Made by a program: the position numbers and the translations under genes. DNA of 42,124 nt from a virus. Below are positions 41,029 to 42,124 of the stretch, piece after piece. Position 1 is the first letter of the stretch. The number at the start of each line of letters is the position of its first letter. A model generated the notes under the pieces. The model worked only from the letters and a program-made list of their open reading frames with translations, searched no databases and was not told where the DNA came from. The stretch lies in IMG/VR virus record IMGVR_UViG_3300029181_000007; one strand, given 5' to 3'.

Positions 41029-41209
41029 ACTGAACATTTTAAAGCAGGACGAGAACGGAAACTGGTACAAGCCCAAAAACCAGCATCGAATCTGGCGATT
41101 TTTCCGGGATGACCTGTTTGGATGGGTCAGCTGGCTTTTGCCTGAAAAAAAGCAGGCAGAACATAATCAGAAACCAGATTTACCAGAACCGGAATCAGAA
41201 TCAAAGTGA
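41015..41209 (+). CDS. Possible small protein (64 aa)
   Basis: GGAGG lies 4 nt before the ATG. Its 3' end overlaps convergent gene 41127-41459 by 83 nt. Confidence 0.35.
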   Translation: MLYCRLNILKQDENGNWYKPKNQHRIWRFFRDDLFGWVSWLLPEKKQAEHNQKPDLPEPESESK

Positions 41210-41459
41210 CGATTCCAACAGCTATCTTGCCCAAGAGGGAGCGCCGGTTTGCTTTTTCCTCCCGGACATATTGTTTGCCTGCCGTCGTGATTCTGACACC
41301 GGATTTGAACGCGCCGACTGTTGAGACCTCTGCAAGCCCCATATCTTCCAACCTGCTGGATGATTCCAGCAGATCCGAAGTGCGCTCTATTCCGCCAGGA
41401 TATGCTTTATCCAAGGCCCGCAACAGTTTCAGTTCCTTCCGATCAAGATGCAAGCTCAT
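41127..41459 (-). CDS. C-terminally membrane-anchored protein coupled to the repressor gene
   Basis: ATGA overlap with the upstream repressor gene. C-terminal TM segment IAVGIVTLILIPVLVNLVSDYVLP. Confidence 0.55.
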   Translation of the reverse strand: MSLHLDRKELKLLRALDKAYPGGIERTSDLLESSSRLEDMGLAEVSTVGAFKSGVRITTAGKQYVREEKANRRSLLGKIAVGIVTLILIPVLVNLVSDYVLPAFFQAKAS

Positions 41460-41806
41460 TCCGGCAACTCCTTTTTAACTGCCTGAGCAATCCGAACAAT
41501 TTTCATAATGTTTTCGTCATCCATGCCATCCAGCGCTTCCAGCAGAGCCCGGCGGGCTGGTGACAATTTTTCAAGCTCAATGCCATCTAAGGTATTGAGC
41601 TTTTCTTTTTGCTCTTCGCCGGTCAAGTCCTCCCGTGCAACGCCAAAATAGACAGCTAACTTTTCTAACGTCACTTCTGAGGGCTTCTTTCCTTTTTTCC
41701 ATCCAGTTGCTGCCGCATTGGAAAGACCTATTTTTTTCGACACGGCAGTTGGAGATTCTTGTCGAGCAGCACACAGCTTCAAATAGTTTTCGTAAAAAAT
41801 GCTCAT
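41456..41806 (-). CDS. XRE/Cro-CI-family HTH repressor, divergent from the early promoter
   Basis: Internal ATG 8 nt after GGAG. HTH SPTAVSKKIGLSNAAATGWKKGKKP. Confidence 0.75.
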   Translation of the reverse strand: MSIFYENYLKLCAARQESPTAVSKKIGLSNAAATGWKKGKKPSEVTLEKLAVYFGVAREDLTGEEQKEKLNTLDGIELEKLSPARRALLEALDGMDDENIMKIVRIAQAVKKELPE

Positions 41807-41838
41807 AACAGCACTCCGTTTCTGTGCATATCCACGAA

Positions 41839-41884
41839 AGCTAGCAAAGTTAGTAAAAAATGTTGACAACTAACTTTGCTAGCT
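41839..41884. promoter_or_regulatory. 16-bp perfect inverted repeat AGCTAGCAAAGTTAGT / ACTAACTTTGCTAGCT (operator candidate)
   Basis: Arms at 41839-41854 and 41869-41884. The right arm fills the promoter spacer and the -35 lies in the loop. Confidence 0.6.
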
Positions 41885-41891
41885 GTATAAT
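41863..41891 (+). promoter_or_regulatory. Consensus sigma-70 early promoter TTGACA-17-TATAAT
   Basis: -35 at 41863-41868, spacer at 41869-41885, -10 at 41886-41891. It reads across the circular junction into the early operon. Confidence 0.7.
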
Positions 41892-41925
41892 GCTCTTGTC
41901 AGTTGAAATAGTTAACAAAACACAA

Positions 41926-41957
41926 AGCCCCGGCGGGAACCCGCCTAAGCTGTTTTT
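41926..41957 (+). terminator. Weak terminator/attenuator-like hairpin in the early leader
   Basis: ggcgg-gaac-ccgcc with flanking agc/gct pairs. TTTTT begins 7 nt after the inner stem. Confidence 0.3.
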
Positions 41958-42025
41958 ACTTGTATTCTGCAACTACATAGTAACACACTTTGTAAACTTT
42001 TTCAACTGGTATTTGACACGGCGAT

Positions 42026-42124
42026 AAGAAAAAATCTGCCTGCGGTTGTTTCACAGACAGACTTTTCACCGATTTGTCACCAGAACGCACTTGCACCCCG
42101 GCGGTAATGCAAACATGCGCGTTT
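42026..42124. repeat. Terminal direct repeat, copy 2 (identical to 1-99)
   Basis: Exact 99-nt match to the window start. This is typical of a circular contig overlap. Confidence 0.95.

Larger units (their letters stand above)
1..42124. mobile_element. Complete temperate siphovirus-type phage genome (circularly closed or permuted assembly)
   Basis: Integrase plus attP-like site, repressors, replication/recombination genes, and terS-terL-portal-MuF-scaffold-MCP-tail-TMP-Dit-Tal-fibre-lysis order. No tail sheath gene. The first 99 nt repeat exactly at the 3' end. Confidence 0.9.

Overview
The window is a complete, circularly closed genome of a temperate siphovirus-type phage or excised prophage. 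About 42.0 kb is unique, and the first 99 nt recur exactly at the end. No search or folding tool was run: functions come from motifs read in the supplied translations, and RNA structures and promoters were folded or spotted by eye. Starting from the attP end, the layout is as follows. (1) attP candidate (tRNA-Thr 3' fragment with AATCTAACA arm repeats, about 37.5-37.7 kb), tyrosine integrase and an adjacent XRE-type regulator on the minus strand. (2) An AT-richer island holding a zinc-ribbon/SHOCT protein and a second XRE repressor coupled to a membrane protein. (3) A consensus early promoter (TTGACA-17-TATAAT, 41863-41891) with a 16-bp inverted repeat, reading across the circular junction. 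(4) The early operon (0.4-10.7 kb): HTH protein, antirepressor, lipoprotein, tandem-repeat protein, Rad52-like annealase, SSB, DnaD-like initiator, G39P-like loader, compact C5-methyltransferase-like protein, RusA and a sigma-region-4-like late activator. (5) A 900-bp protein-free, hairpin-dense RNA locus (10.7-11.6 kb) with one canonical tRNA-Trp and three aberrant tRNA mimics. (6) The late operon (11.6-32.3 kb): terS, terL, portal, MuF-like protein, a moron block plus tRNA-Thr, scaffold, major capsid protein, connectors, major tail protein, G/GT chaperones with a T TTT TTG slippery site, tape measure, Dit, Tal, fibre, XkdX, GH25 endolysin, holins, and a second collagen-like fibre placed after the lysis genes. 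(7) Two small promoter-terminator units. (8) An attR-proximal accessory region (32.7-37.4 kb) with an operator-controlled divergent switch and an operon of low-complexity Q/N/G/P-rich and C1q-like proteins. The most unusual items are the tRNA-mimic RNA locus and this accessory operon.
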